Virus record (IMG/VR): IMGVR_UViG_3300033146_000595
Location: 1-54,814 of that record
DNA from: a virus
Lineage: Duplodnaviria > Caudoviricetes
DNA length: 54,814 nucleotides
Strand: one strand, 5' to 3'
In this document: piece after piece, positions 8,696 through 18,906 of the stretch
How positions within the stretch are numbered: the stretch's first letter is position 1
Layout: each line of letters begins with the position of its first letter
The notes under the pieces: model-generated
The model's input: the letters and a program-made list of their open reading frames with translations, nothing else
Database searches by the model: none
What the model was told of the DNA's origin: nothing
Made by a program: the position numbers and the translations under genes

Positions 8696-8738
8696 GAGAG
8701 ATAAGAACGATGTTTTAGAACATGGTTCTTTATCTTTT
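8696..8738 (+). terminator. Cassette-closing hairpin
   Basis: gagagataagaacgatgtt-ttag-aacatggttctttatctttt. Confidence 0.6.
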
Positions 8739-8768
8739 CAACTTAAAAAATACTGAAAAGGAGTAAGT

Positions 8769-9383
8769 ATGGAAAAATTCATAGGAAATTCAAATGCTGG
8801 TAAAAATAAACCAGTCACGGAACGTGAAAAACTACAAGCGATAACGAGTAATGTTTCGGTAAAAAAAGATTCCGAATTTAAGAAGTTTAAGAGAAACTTC
8901 TTTGCGGAGGACGCTAACACGGTAAAAGGACAGGTGTTTGCTAGCGTTATCATTCCAGGTATTCAACGACTTATTACCGACATGGTTAAAACGAGCATCG
9001 ATGTTTTAATTTACGGGGGTAGAAGTAGGGATAATAGGGATAGTAGAAGTGGTAACATTAGCTATAAGTCATATTACGATAGAAATAATAATAATCGTTC
9101 TGACTATAATAAAATACCATCATCAACATATAATAAAAATGTTTTTTCATTTAATGAAGTAGTGTTGTTTGATAGGGGCGAAACAGAGGAAGTGTTGTTA
9201 AGTCTTAATGAGCAAATAGATAAGTATGGTATGGTTTCTGTCGCTGATTTCTACGATATGGTAGGGCAAAGTGCACCATATACGGCTAATAAATATGGAT
9301 GGCGTGACCTTAGAGATGTTGGAATAGACCGAGTACGAGATGGATATTCTATTAATTTCCCTAAAGCATCGCCATTAGAATAA
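8769..9383 (+). CDS. Conserved phage protein of unknown function
   Basis: C-terminal YGMVSVADFYD..G....YTANKYGW.DL motif recognised from related siphophages; resembles the C-terminal motif of the DUF6353-like proteins. Confidence 0.7.
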   Translation: MEKFIGNSNAGKNKPVTEREKLQAITSNVSVKKDSEFKKFKRNFFAEDANTVKGQVFASVIIPGIQRLITDMVKTSIDVLIYGGRSRDNRDSRSGNISYKSYYDRNNNNRSDYNKIPSSTYNKNVFSFNEVVLFDRGETEEVLLSLNEQIDKYGMVSVADFYDMVGQSAPYTANKYGWRDLRDVGIDRVRDGYSINFPKASPLE

Positions 9384-9394
9384 TAGGAGGATAC

Positions 9395-10384
9395 ATGATG
9401 AATAATTTTGGAAGTGTGTTAAATAAATTTGGGTTCTGGACCAAGAGAAAATCTCCAGAGTTGTTGGTTGCAGGAGCAATTATAGCGGCCGCAGGTAGTA
9501 TCATATTGGCGGTTAAAGCCACGCCAAAAGCGGAAATAGTAGTGTCAAAAGCTAATAAAGAAATTAAAAGAATTAAAATCAATATGAACGATGGTAATCT
9601 TATAGGTAATAAAGAATACTCTGTTAGTTTAGGTAAAAAGGATTTAACTAGAGTTTATGCTAAAACATCATTGGAATTAGGTAAATTATATTTACCAGCA
9701 GCGATTGGATTTGGATTAACCGTTAGTGGTATTTTAGGTTCTCATAAAATCATGAGAGGTCGAAACGTCGCGTTAGCAGCTGCATACACTACACTCGATA
9801 ATGGTTATAAATCATACAGAGGTAGAGTAGCCACTAAGGTTGGTGAGAAGGTTGAGAATGATATTTTCAGAGATATTCATGGGGAGAAGAAAGAAATAAC
9901 TACCTTGGATAAAGATGGTAATGAAGTAACAAAGATGAAAACTGTAAAAGGACCACACGTTGCTGTGGATAGTGACTTTGCTGTGCTATATGATCAAAAC
10001 GCCAAAGAGTGGATTAAAGATACGAACATGGTTCTTAATTTATTAGCGATGAAGGAAAAGTACCTGAATCAAAAACTACAATATGCAGGATCACTATTCC
10101 TACATGAAGTGTATGATGAAATTGGTATTGATATTCATAGCCTTGGTGAGAAGAAGTCTCAAGCATCAAGAGTATTGGGATGGATTTACGACCCATCTGA
10201 TGATACAAGAGATAGTTACATTTCTTTAGGGTTATTCGATACTATGGGTAATCGTAATCAATATGCAATGAATGCATTAAGAAATAACGAACAAGAAATA
10301 TTCTTAGAGTTTAATGTTGATGGTGATATTCTTACTGGAAACAATGGTAATAAAACATTCACTAAGTTTAGAAAGGTGATCTAA
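9395..10384 (+). CDS. DUF6353-like paralog 3
   Basis: KSPELL...KATPKA...KLYLPA...RNVALAAAY...LFLHEVYD.IG...GWIY...LEFNVDG. Confidence 0.7.
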   Translation: MMNNFGSVLNKFGFWTKRKSPELLVAGAIIAAAGSIILAVKATPKAEIVVSKANKEIKRIKINMNDGNLIGNKEYSVSLGKKDLTRVYAKTSLELGKLYLPAAIGFGLTVSGILGSHKIMRGRNVALAAAYTTLDNGYKSYRGRVATKVGEKVENDIFRDIHGEKKEITTLDKDGNEVTKMKTVKGPHVAVDSDFAVLYDQNAKEWIKDTNMVLNLLAMKEKYLNQKLQYAGSLFLHEVYDEIGIDIHSLGEKKSQASRVLGWIYDPSDDTRDSYISLGLFDTMGNRNQYAMNALRNNEQEIFLEFNVDGDILTGNNGNKTFTKFRKVI

Positions 10385-11049
10385 TGAAAAAGTTATTGAT
10401 ATTCATAGTAGTAGCCATTGGTGGTGGAGTCGGTTATCAAATCGGCTTTACGCTTACCAAGAAGAAGTATGAGGGGTTAGCGGACGAGGAAGTTAAGTCC
10501 GTTAAGGAAAAATTAATAAAGCATTATGAAGATAAAAAGATACATGAGAAAAAGACATCGCCAACGGGAGAAAAAGAAGTAGAGGATAAAACACCTGTTA
10601 AAAAGAAGGTTGTTGCCAGGAGAAAAAATGAACCGATCGATAGTAAGGTTCGACCAACAAAGGGCGAGGGCACTGATTATTCAAAACGATATAGATCTGA
10701 GTCTGACCCAGAACGAATCCCTGGAGATCCAAGTGAGACGATGGTCAAACATTTAAAAGAGGAAGAAATAGATACCACTAAACCATACGTCATCACCTCA
10801 GATGTTTTTAGTGAAAGTGAATTTCAATGCGTTCAGTTATTTTATTGCGCAGATAAAGTATTAACTGACGATGATTATAATCAAATAAGTAATATAGGGA
10901 TTGTTGGTGGTCATCCTAACCTAGAACAAATGGGTAAATACGACGCTGATTGCTTGTACGTTCGTGATGAAAAGAAAGGCATTGATTACGAAATTTTACT
11001 AGAAGAACGAACTTTTAGTAAACTGAAGCCATTGGGTATAGTCGAATAA
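10384..11049 (+). CDS. Conserved membrane-anchored phage protein
   Basis: N-terminal TM helix; C-terminal PYVIT...LFYCADKVLTDD...YVRDE...DYEI domain. Confidence 0.7.
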   Translation: MKKLLIFIVVAIGGGVGYQIGFTLTKKKYEGLADEEVKSVKEKLIKHYEDKKIHEKKTSPTGEKEVEDKTPVKKKVVARRKNEPIDSKVRPTKGEGTDYSKRYRSESDPERIPGDPSETMVKHLKEEEIDTTKPYVITSDVFSESEFQCVQLFYCADKVLTDDDYNQISNIGIVGGHPNLEQMGKYDADCLYVRDEKKGIDYEILLEERTFSKLKPLGIVE

Positions 11050-11053
11050 CCTG

Positions 11054-11617
11054 ATGATTGAGTTACAAGAATTATATTCTGATTGGATGCGCAAATTTGT
11101 ATTTAAGAACGCACGAGAAAGAGAACAATATGGTTATCTTTTGGATGCGTTACACGCGTCCATGTTTTATTTCTCTATCCCCATGGATGAAAATCGTATG
11201 AGGGATGGCATTGATTTACGATATCGTTTCGCTTATGAAAACGGTTACGATAACCATGAAGTTGAAAATGCTCTTAATGTTACCAGTAGTTGTAGCATGC
11301 TTGAGATGATGATTGCTCTATCAATAAAGGGGGATGAACGTATACTATACGATTATGAAACCGGTGGGAGAGCCGATTATATTTTCATGACAATGTTGGA
11401 ATCACTAGAGTTTAATGATATGACCAACGATCGATTCGATCCTGGGTATGTTAATAGTAAGATAAATGGTGTGCTTAATCATGAGTATGATTACAATGGT
11501 TATGGTGGATTATTTGTTGTCAATAACCCTCGTAGAGACATGCGCGAGGTTGATATTTGGTATCAGATGAATTGGTACCTACAAACGCTGTACAATAAAA
11601 ATAAAAGGAGAATTTAG
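11054..11617 (+). CDS. Conserved hypothetical phage protein
   Basis: DENR..DG.DLR.RF...SMLEMMIAL...GGLF...IWYQMNWYL pattern; typically lies upstream of the polymerase. Confidence 0.75.
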   Translation: MIELQELYSDWMRKFVFKNAREREQYGYLLDALHASMFYFSIPMDENRMRDGIDLRYRFAYENGYDNHEVENALNVTSSCSMLEMMIALSIKGDERILYDYETGGRADYIFMTMLESLEFNDMTNDRFDPGYVNSKINGVLNHEYDYNGYGGLFVVNNPRRDMREVDIWYQMNWYLQTLYNKNKRRI

Positions 11618-11618
11618 A

Positions 11619-11795
11619 ATGTTTAGATTAATAGACAGACGCCCATTTATATCTGGGTTAATTATAGGATTCATTGGAACAAGAATGATTGGTAGGAAAT
11701 TACAAAAATTATTACCTAATGGAATAACAATTATTCAGATAGAACAAATCGATGAAACCCCTTCTGGAAAAGAAGAAATAAAAGAAGAAAATTAA
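11619..11795 (+). CDS. Small membrane protein (58 aa, not in ORF track)
   Basis: aaaggag RBS; MFRLIDRRPFISGLIIGFIG...KEEN*. Confidence 0.6.
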   Translation: MFRLIDRRPFISGLIIGFIGTRMIGRKLQKLLPNGITIIQIEQIDETPSGKEEIKEEN

Positions 11796-11808
11796 GTAGG
11801 TAGCGAAT

Positions 11809-14800
11809 ATGCTTGATTTTCTGATAATTTCAACCAGAACCAGAAAAGGTGTTGTAGAAATATATCCGAAATTCAAAATTACAAGTAAAAGTAAAGATTT
11901 AATGATCCGAGGTGGTGATTTTTATGCCATATGGGTTGAACAAATTGGACTGTGGTCTACTAGCGAAGATGATGCATTAGTGTTAATCGACGGGTATTTA
12001 GATGAGTTTGCGCAAAAGAACAAACATCGTTTTGGGGAAGACAACGTGCGTATCATGTATATGTGGGACGCCGAAACCAATATGATAGATGTATGGCATA
12101 AGTATTGTCAAAAGCAATTGCGAACGAATTGGCGACAGTTAGATGAGAGATTGATATTTTTGAATCAAGCATCTACAAAAGAAGATTACGGAACAAAGAG
12201 ATTATCCTACTCGATCGACGATGAGGGTTCTAAAGATAGTTGGAACGAATTGATTTCAACATTGTATAAGGATAACGAACGTCATAAAATCGAATGGTGT
12301 ATTGGCGCTATACTTAGCGGTGAATCTAGATATATTCAGAAATTCGCCGTGTTGTATGGTCCGCCTGGTAGTGGTAAATCAACTCTTTTAAACGTTATTC
12401 AAGAGCTGTTTGACGGGTATACAAAAATGTTTGATGCGGAATCGTTAGGTTCATCAACGGATTCGTTTTCATTGGAACAATTTAAATCAAACCCGTTAGT
12501 GGCTATAAGTCATGACGGGGATTTATCGAGAATCGAAAATAATACAAAAATTAATAGTCTAGTTTCTCATGAGAAAATGGTTGTTAACGAAAAGCACAAA
12601 TCAATATATGAGATGAGATTTATTTCATTTCTATTCATGGGGACTAATCGTCCTGTAAAGATTACAAATGCTAAGTCTGGTTTACTACGTAGACTGATTG
12701 ATATTTACCCATCTGGCACTCATATACCATTGGCTAGATACAACAGACTTATTAGTCAAACCAAGTTTGAACTTGGTGCAATAGCGTTTCATTGTCTTAG
12801 TGTGTATGAAAATAATAAACATGCTTATGACGACTATCGACCAACGTTGATGATAAGTGAGTCAAACGACTTCTTTAACTTCGTATCAGATAGCTACATT
12901 ATATTTAAAAAGGACAACAGTGTAACATTAAAAACTGCTTGGGAAATGTATAAACTTTATTGCGATTCAGCTAGGGTGCCATATCCAATGTCAATGAGAG
13001 TATTCAAAAATGAATTAAGAAACTATTTTAAAGGGTATGAAGAACGTTATAGAACTCCTAAAGGAGATTATGTACGATCTTATTACTTTGATTTCAGGAA
13101 TGATATTTTCGACATAAAGGATAAGCCAATAAAACCAAGAAAAAAGAAAAGCAAAGATACATTTGAGTTGATTAATTTTGGTAAGAACAAATCTAAATTA
13201 GATACAATATGCGAAGATTGCCCAGCACAATATGGGAGTAGATCAGGAACACCTACTAAAAAGTGGGATGACTGTGATACAACGTTGAAAGACCTGGATA
13301 CTGGAAGACTGCATTACATTAGAGTTCCAGACAACCATATAGTTATTGATTTTGATATTCAGGATGAACATGGTGATAAAGATTTCAAAAAGAATTTAGA
13401 AGAGGCTAGTAAATGGCCTAAGACATACTCGGAAGTTAGTAAATCTGGTGGTGGTATACATCTTCATTATATTTATGATGGTGACCCAACCAAACTAAGT
13501 AGAGTGTATGCGGATAATATTGAAGTGAAAGTGTTCACAGGGAATAGTTCTCTTAGAAGACAAGTAACAAAATGTAATACGGAAGACATTAGCAAAATTA
13601 ATTCAGGTTTACCGTTAAGGGAGGTTGGTCGAGTGATAAACTTTGAAAGTGTTAAAAGTGAGAAAGCAATACGCTCACTAATTAGAAATAATCTCAACAA
13701 GCAGTATCACTCAGGAACAAAACCATCTATCGACTTTATATTTAAAATATTAGAAGATGCGTATAAGAGTGGACTTAAATATGATGTGAACGATTTACAT
13801 GGTATAGTATTGGCCTTTGCCGCGAGTAGCTCGAACCAAGCCGATTATTGTATAAAGTTGGTTCCGAAAATGAAATTTAAATCGAGTGAAGCTTCAGATA
13901 ATTTAGCGAACGAGGATAAACCAATAGCATTTTATGATGTAGAAGTATTCCCCAACTTGTTTATTGTTAACTGGAAGTTGCAGGGTGTAGGAAGACCAAT
14001 GAATAGGTTGATTAATCCTAACCCACATGAGATAGAGATGCTTCTTAAATACAGACTCGTTGGCTTCAATTGTAGACGTTATGATAACCATATATTATAT
14101 GGGGCATTGATTGGATATTCTAACATTAAGATTTATGAACTTAGTCAAAAGATTATTCATGGTAAGAAAGCAATGTTCAATGAAGCATGGAACATAAGTT
14201 ATACAGACGTGTATGATTATTCAAGAGAAAAAATGTCATTGAAGAAATGGCAAATTAAATTAAGAATCAAACATAAAGAACTTGGTTTACCTTGGGATCA
14301 ACCTGTTCCAGAAGAGAAATGGATCGAGGTCGCCGAGTATTGTGACAACGATGTTATAGCCACAGAAGCAGTGTTCGATTATACTGCTGGTGATTTCAGA
14401 GCTAGACAGATGCTTGTTGCGATGACGAAGGCATTACGAGGTATAAATGTTTGCGTAAACGATACAACTAATAGTATCACTACTAAAATGATATTTGGTA
14501 ATGATAGGAAACCACAATTAAATTATGTGGACTTATCTAAGGAATTTCCTGGGTATGAATTCGTTAAGACTTGGAATGACAAGACTCAGCGTTATGACAA
14601 GTTTAATATGTATCGTGGAGTAGACCTTAAGTTTGGAGGATATGTATACGCCGAACCAGGTATGTATACGGATGTCGGTTTAATGGACGTCACAAGTATG
14701 CATCCTAATTCAGCTATCATAATGAACTATTTTGGTAAGTATACATCCATCTTTGAATCTATAGTAAAAGCCAGAGTTTATATTAAGGATGGTAATTTGG

Positions 14801-15660
14801 AAATGGCGAAGGAATTATTTAATGGTGTCCTGAAACCATTCTTAGACGATCCATCAATGTCGGATGATACAGCGAACGCGCTTAAGATCGCTATTAATTC
14901 CGTATATGGATTAACATCAGCAAGATTTAATAACCCATTTAAAGACCCACAAAACGAAAATAACATTGTTGCATTGCGTGGAGCGTTGTTTATGAAAACC
15001 TTACAAGATGCATTGGTTGATATGGGGGTTCAAGTAATACACATTAAAACGGACTCGGTTAAGATTCCTAATATTACGCCTGAAATCGTAGAGTTCTGTC
15101 ACAAGTTTGCCGCCAAGTACAAGTATGAATTTAATCATGAGGCAACGTACGATCGCATATGCTTGGTTAACGACGCGGTTTATATTGCTAAGTTAGATAA
15201 ACATGGTATACGAAACAAAGGTGGAAAAAGGGCAAATGAATGGACTGCGACTGGTACACAGTTCAAAGTTCCGTACGTATTCAAAACGTTATTCAGTCAT
15301 GAGAAAGTATTATTGGATGATTTATCTGAGGTTAAACAAGTTAAATCCGCTATTTACTTGAATATGAACGAAAAAGACGGAGTGGAAAACCTACAATTCA
15401 TCGGACGTGTGGGTAATTTTAGCCCTGTTCTTCCGGGTAAAGGCGGTGGTATGTTAGTTAAGCCTGTTAAGAAAAAGGATGAGACGGTAGCGTACGACGC
15501 TGTAACCGGAACTAAAGGATTTAGATGGTTAGAAGCAGAGATGATTCAAGAATTAGATATGAGAGATGCAATTGATATTTCCTATTATACTAGAATGGTT
15601 GATGTAGCGGTTACTTCCATTAGTAAGTTTGGAGATTTCGAATGGTTTACAAGTGATTAA
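11809..15660 (+). CDS. Multifunctional replicase: SF3 helicase + AEP-type primase + 3'-5' exonuclease + family B DNA polymerase
   Basis: Walker A GPPGSGKST and FMGTN (SF3); VIDFD and SKSGGGIHLHY (prim-pol); FYDVEVF, GFNCRRYD, YCDND (Exo I-III); DVTSMHP, KIAINSVYG, IKTDS (PolB A-C). Confidence 0.85.
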   Translation: MLDFLIISTRTRKGVVEIYPKFKITSKSKDLMIRGGDFYAIWVEQIGLWSTSEDDALVLIDGYLDEFAQKNKHRFGEDNVRIMYMWDAETNMIDVWHKYCQKQLRTNWRQLDERLIFLNQASTKEDYGTKRLSYSIDDEGSKDSWNELISTLYKDNERHKIEWCIGAILSGESRYIQKFAVLYGPPGSGKSTLLNVIQELFDGYTKMFDAESLGSSTDSFSLEQFKSNPLVAISHDGDLSRIENNTKINSLVSHEKMVVNEKHKSIYEMRFISFLFMGTNRPVKITNAKSGLLRRLIDIYPSGTHIPLARYNRLISQTKFELGAIAFHCLSVYENNKHAYDDYRPTLMISESNDFFNFVSDSYIIFKKDNSVTLKTAWEMYKLYCDSARVPYPMSMRVFKNELRNYFKGYEERYRTPKGDYVRSYYFDFRNDIFDIKDKPIKPRKKKSKDTFELINFGKNKSKLDTICEDCPAQYGSRSGTPTKKWDDCDTTLKDLDTGRLHYIRVPDNHIVIDFDIQDEHGDKDFKKNLEEASKWPKTYSEVSKSGGGIHLHYIYDGDPTKLSRVYADNIEVKVFTGNSSLRRQVTKCNTEDISKINSGLPLREVGRVINFESVKSEKAIRSLIRNNLNKQYHSGTKPSIDFIFKILEDAYKSGLKYDVNDLHGIVLAFAASSSNQADYCIKLVPKMKFKSSEASDNLANEDKPIAFYDVEVFPNLFIVNWKLQGVGRPMNRLINPNPHEIEMLLKYRLVGFNCRRYDNHILYGALIGYSNIKIYELSQKIIHGKKAMFNEAWNISYTDVYDYSREKMSLKKWQIKLRIKHKELGLPWDQPVPEEKWIEVAEYCDNDVIATEAVFDYTAGDFRARQMLVAMTKALRGINVCVNDTTNSITTKMIFGNDRKPQLNYVDLSKEFPGYEFVKTWNDKTQRYDKFNMYRGVDLKFGGYVYAEPGMYTDVGLMDVTSMHPNSAIIMNYFGKYTSIFESIVKARVYIKDGNLEMAKELFNGVLKPFLDDPSMSDDTANALKIAINSVYGLTSARFNNPFKDPQNENNIVALRGALFMKTLQDALVDMGVQVIHIKTDSVKIPNITPEIVEFCHKFAAKYKYEFNHEATYDRICLVNDAVYIAKLDKHGIRNKGGKRANEWTATGTQFKVPYVFKTLFSHEKVLLDDLSEVKQVKSAIYLNMNEKDGVENLQFIGRVGNFSPVLPGKGGGMLVKPVKKKDETVAYDAVTGTKGFRWLEAEMIQELDMRDAIDISYYTRMVDVAVTSISKFGDFEWFTSD

Positions 15661-15684
15661 AAAAAATAAAAGGAGAAATAAAAA

Positions 15685-16314
15685 ATGCCAAATGTTATTG
15701 AAACAGGCCTAGAAAAGGTTGATAATACCAAATTTATATTTGATGATCGTGGTGGATTTGAAGTACGAAATGCCTACATCTTCTGGACGAATTTCAGAGG
15801 AGAGGCTAATCAATTTGGGAATTCTGCTAGAAACTTTAATTTAGCAGTTACCCCAGAAGTAGGAAAAATATTAATAGAACGTGGTTGGAGAGTTAGAGAA
15901 CGAGCATTATACAACGAAGGGTATATGCCAGAAGCGGTTGCTGCTGGGGATGAACCAAATCCAACATTATTCTTTGTTAGTATCAAGGTAAATATGAACA
16001 GTAAGAATCCTCCAATAATCAGTTTATATTCTGAATTTAGGGGTAGAAGAACTAAGAGAGCTCTTGAGATTGATAGTATCGGTGAGTTAGATCGCATTGA
16101 TATTTCAGAATGTGACTTTGCTGTTAACCCATATGAATCACCTCAGTTTCCAGGTAAGGTCACTGGGTATTTGAAAAAGTTAAATGCCATACAAGTTCCG
16201 GACATTGAGTTTGGTGGTAAGTACGATGATTGGCTAGAAGAGGAAGACGATTGTCTTGCGTTGGGTACTTGTTCGTTGGATGATGAAGGTCATAAGGTAT
16301 ATGCCAAAGTTTAA
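15685..16314 (+). CDS. Putative single-stranded DNA-binding protein
   Basis: Follows polymerase; NFRGE...RNFNL...GWRVR, beta-rich, acidic C-terminal tail. Confidence 0.65.
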   Translation: MPNVIETGLEKVDNTKFIFDDRGGFEVRNAYIFWTNFRGEANQFGNSARNFNLAVTPEVGKILIERGWRVRERALYNEGYMPEAVAAGDEPNPTLFFVSIKVNMNSKNPPIISLYSEFRGRRTKRALEIDSIGELDRIDISECDFAVNPYESPQFPGKVTGYLKKLNAIQVPDIEFGGKYDDWLEEEDDCLALGTCSLDDEGHKVYAKV

Positions 16315-16546
16315 AGTAATGTATAAAGTAAAGCAGTATGACTCGGAAGCTGGTGGATTAATAAGTCCACTGGCTAACAGTGCTGTGGATTATCGAATAG
16401 TCGATGTTCAAACTATTATCCGAGCTAAGACGAGTCGTCACGCACGTAAAAAAATAAGAAACGCGTTTGGATACTCGATAACGGGTATTCGTATAGAGGA
16501 GGTACCATCATGGATGACATTATTATTGAGAATGATACACCGTTAA
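16301..16546 (+). CDS. Hypothetical protein (start moved to ATG 16301)
   Basis: MPKFKVMYKV..., overlaps end of the SSB gene. Confidence 0.55.
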   Translation: MPKFKVMYKVKQYDSEAGGLISPLANSAVDYRIVDVQTIIRAKTSRHARKKIRNAFGYSITGIRIEEVPSWMTLLLRMIHR

Positions 16547-16827
16547 TCTTCGATGAGGATGAGATAACAAAACATCTTACGAAGACTGAGGGTAATATCC
16601 TATACAGTTTATATGAAAAAATGTATGCTGGTAGAAGAGAGGCTGGTTATAGACCACCGGTTTGTATGGAAGACAAGATAGCGGAACGAGTAAAGAATGT
16701 ATGTGATTACAGAGCAACATTTGTTATTAGATTCGATTATAAGAGTGCTGTTGTGGTAGAAGTAGAAGACCCTCGACAAAAAAAAATAGAAGGATGCAAA
16801 ATAATTTGGGAGAACTTAGAAGGGTGA
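16510..16827 (+). CDS. Hypothetical protein
   Basis: gaggaggt RBS. Confidence 0.65.
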   Translation: MDDIIIENDTPLIFDEDEITKHLTKTEGNILYSLYEKMYAGRREAGYRPPVCMEDKIAERVKNVCDYRATFVIRFDYKSAVVVEVEDPRQKKIEGCKIIWENLEG

Positions 16828-16836
16828 AAATCAATT

Positions 16837-17202
16837 ATGACAGAAGCTTATGGTGAAAAAATAGTGGACAACTATGGAATAATAACGCGTATAGGTTTAA
16901 TGACCTTTAAAGAGGAAGGTAACCTATTAATATCGGTGAATACTTTTGATAAAGCATTGAGAAGGATTGCAAGATTAAAATTTAAAAAAATAAGAAAAAC
17001 TATTTATACGAGTAGACCTGAAAAGTTATCAGCTACTCAAAAAGAACTATATGATGCATGTGTGAAAGAAGCGATGTTGGACTGTGCTAGACGCTCTGGA
17101 TATTCTAGTTGTACTTTTAGAGTATTAGAAAAGGCGTCGGATGGCGATGTACCTTGTATCATAATAGAGAGAGCGGATGGTGGAAAAATTGGATGGCAAT
17201 AA
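16837..17202 (+). CDS. Hypothetical protein
   Basis: ORF in operon, gggtg RBS. Confidence 0.65.
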   Translation: MTEAYGEKIVDNYGIITRIGLMTFKEEGNLLISVNTFDKALRRIARLKFKKIRKTIYTSRPEKLSATQKELYDACVKEAMLDCARRSGYSSCTFRVLEKASDGDVPCIIIERADGGKIGWQ

Positions 17203-17314
17203 ATGTGTAGCTTGTGGTAGGGATATGCCTGAGGGCAATCATGTATGTAAAGAGTGTTTGAAGAAAGCTAATGTTAAACCAATAGATAATGCTGTTAAAA
17301 ATAGCAATAATTAA
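17189..17314 (+). CDS. Small zinc-finger protein (41 aa, TTG start, not in ORF track)
   Basis: MDGNKCVACGRDMPEGNHVCKECLKK...; CxxC-x10-CxxC; ggtgg RBS. Confidence 0.6.
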   Translation: MDGNKCVACGRDMPEGNHVCKECLKKANVKPIDNAVKNSNN

Positions 17315-17329
17315 TAAAGGACGTGTATT

Positions 17330-18649
17330 ATGGCAGGAGTACAATTAAGAGATTACCAATATGACGCGATTGAAAAAATGTTTAATGGATGTATCCTTAA
17401 TGGTGGTACCGGGGTTGGAAAATCTCGTACCGCTCTTGCCTATTATTATATTATGAATGGTGGTGAAGTTAATACCTCCAAACATATAAAAATGAAGGCT
17501 CGACCTAAGGATTTGTACATCATTACAACCGCTCTTAAACGGGATAAGAAAGAATGGGAGTTAGAGTTACTTAACTTTCGCATGTCTGTTGACCCTATGG
17601 AGAGTGGTTATAAGCATAAAATAGTAATAGATAGTTGGAATAATATCAAAAAGTACATGGATGCAAAAGACGCATTCTTTATTTTTGATGAGCAACGAGT
17701 TATAGGCTATGGTGCTTGGACTAAATCGTTCTTAAAAATAACCAAAGAAAACGAATGGATATTACTATCTGCTACACCGGGTGATACGTGGTCTGACTAC
17801 ATGCCCGTGTTTATAGCAAATGGATGGTATAAGAACAAAACAGATTTTGAAAGAAAGCATGCTGTGTGGTCTAGATATTCTAAATACCCAAAGATCGAAC
17901 GATGGGTTAATGAAGGAAGATTAATACGTTTGCGTAAACATATTCTGATTGAGATGGCTATGATTAGAAGTACTGTACAACATCACGAACATATAATAGT
18001 GGATTATGATAAATTACTATATGCTTCGACGGCAACAAAACGATGGAATCCATACTTAGATAAACCTATAATAAACGCAAGTGAATTTTGTTATACGTTG
18101 CGTAAGATTGTTAATAGTGATCCATCAAGGTTTTATGCGGTCATTGGTATTCTAAAGAAGAAGCCAAAGGCTATAATCTTTTACAATTATGATTATGAGC
18201 TTGGTTTATTACGACGGTTATTCGGAGACACTCATAGAATCACAGAAAAGAATAAAGACAAACAAGATAGTATTACCAAGGATGATATTCCATGGATTCA
18301 TTTAGTGGACGAGCGAATCGCGAAGTCTGAGTGGAATGGTCATCGACATGAAAAAATACCCAGTGGGGATTATTGGGCGTACCTTGTTCAATACGCTGCT
18401 GGCTCTGAGGGTTGGAACTGTGTCACTACAGACACTATTATATTCTACTCGCTGAATTATTCATATAGAGTGCTTATGCAGTCAAGCGGACGAATCGATA
18501 GGATGAATACTCCATATACGGATTTATATTACTATCATCTAACGAGCCAAAGCAAGATTGACTTGGCTATACGTAATGCTCAGAAACGTAAGAAAAAATT
18601 TAATGAAAAAGGATTCTCACCAGAATTCCTAGAGGAGGAAATAAAATAA
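17330..18649 (+). CDS. Superfamily 2 (SNF2-like) DNA helicase
   Basis: LRDYQ, GTGVGKS, FDEQ, LSATP, SEGWN, QSSGRIDR motifs. Confidence 0.9.
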   Translation: MAGVQLRDYQYDAIEKMFNGCILNGGTGVGKSRTALAYYYIMNGGEVNTSKHIKMKARPKDLYIITTALKRDKKEWELELLNFRMSVDPMESGYKHKIVIDSWNNIKKYMDAKDAFFIFDEQRVIGYGAWTKSFLKITKENEWILLSATPGDTWSDYMPVFIANGWYKNKTDFERKHAVWSRYSKYPKIERWVNEGRLIRLRKHILIEMAMIRSTVQHHEHIIVDYDKLLYASTATKRWNPYLDKPIINASEFCYTLRKIVNSDPSRFYAVIGILKKKPKAIIFYNYDYELGLLRRLFGDTHRITEKNKDKQDSITKDDIPWIHLVDERIAKSEWNGHRHEKIPSGDYWAYLVQYAAGSEGWNCVTTDTIIFYSLNYSYRVLMQSSGRIDRMNTPYTDLYYYHLTSQSKIDLAIRNAQKRKKKFNEKGFSPEFLEEEIK

Positions 18650-18870
18650 TGGATGCAAAACAAAAGACATATTTAATTAATGATAAAGAAGTTACAGAAG
18701 CAGTGTTTATAAATGAATTAAATTATCAGTTGAAGTTGGAGAAGCGACAAAACATTAGCCATGGTAAATTTACACAGGATGAACTGTTTAGTGTGGTTAT
18801 GAATAATGAAAAAAAATCAACATTCTTCGAAGTGGGTAATAAGAAATTTAAATGTTATCCGAACGCATAA
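18649..18870 (+). CDS. Hypothetical protein
   Basis: gaggagg RBS, coupled to the helicase stop. Confidence 0.65.
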   Translation: MDAKQKTYLINDKEVTEAVFINELNYQLKLEKRQNISHGKFTQDELFSVVMNNEKKSTFFEVGNKKFKCYPNA

Positions 18871-18892
18871 ATTACATTGCCTACTATAGAAA
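18864..18892 (+). promoter_or_regulatory. Phage-specific promoter motif, copy 8
   Basis: CGCA TAAAT TACAT TGCCTA CTATAGAAA. Confidence 0.75.
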
Positions 18893-18906
18893 GAGGAGGA
18901 GATAAA

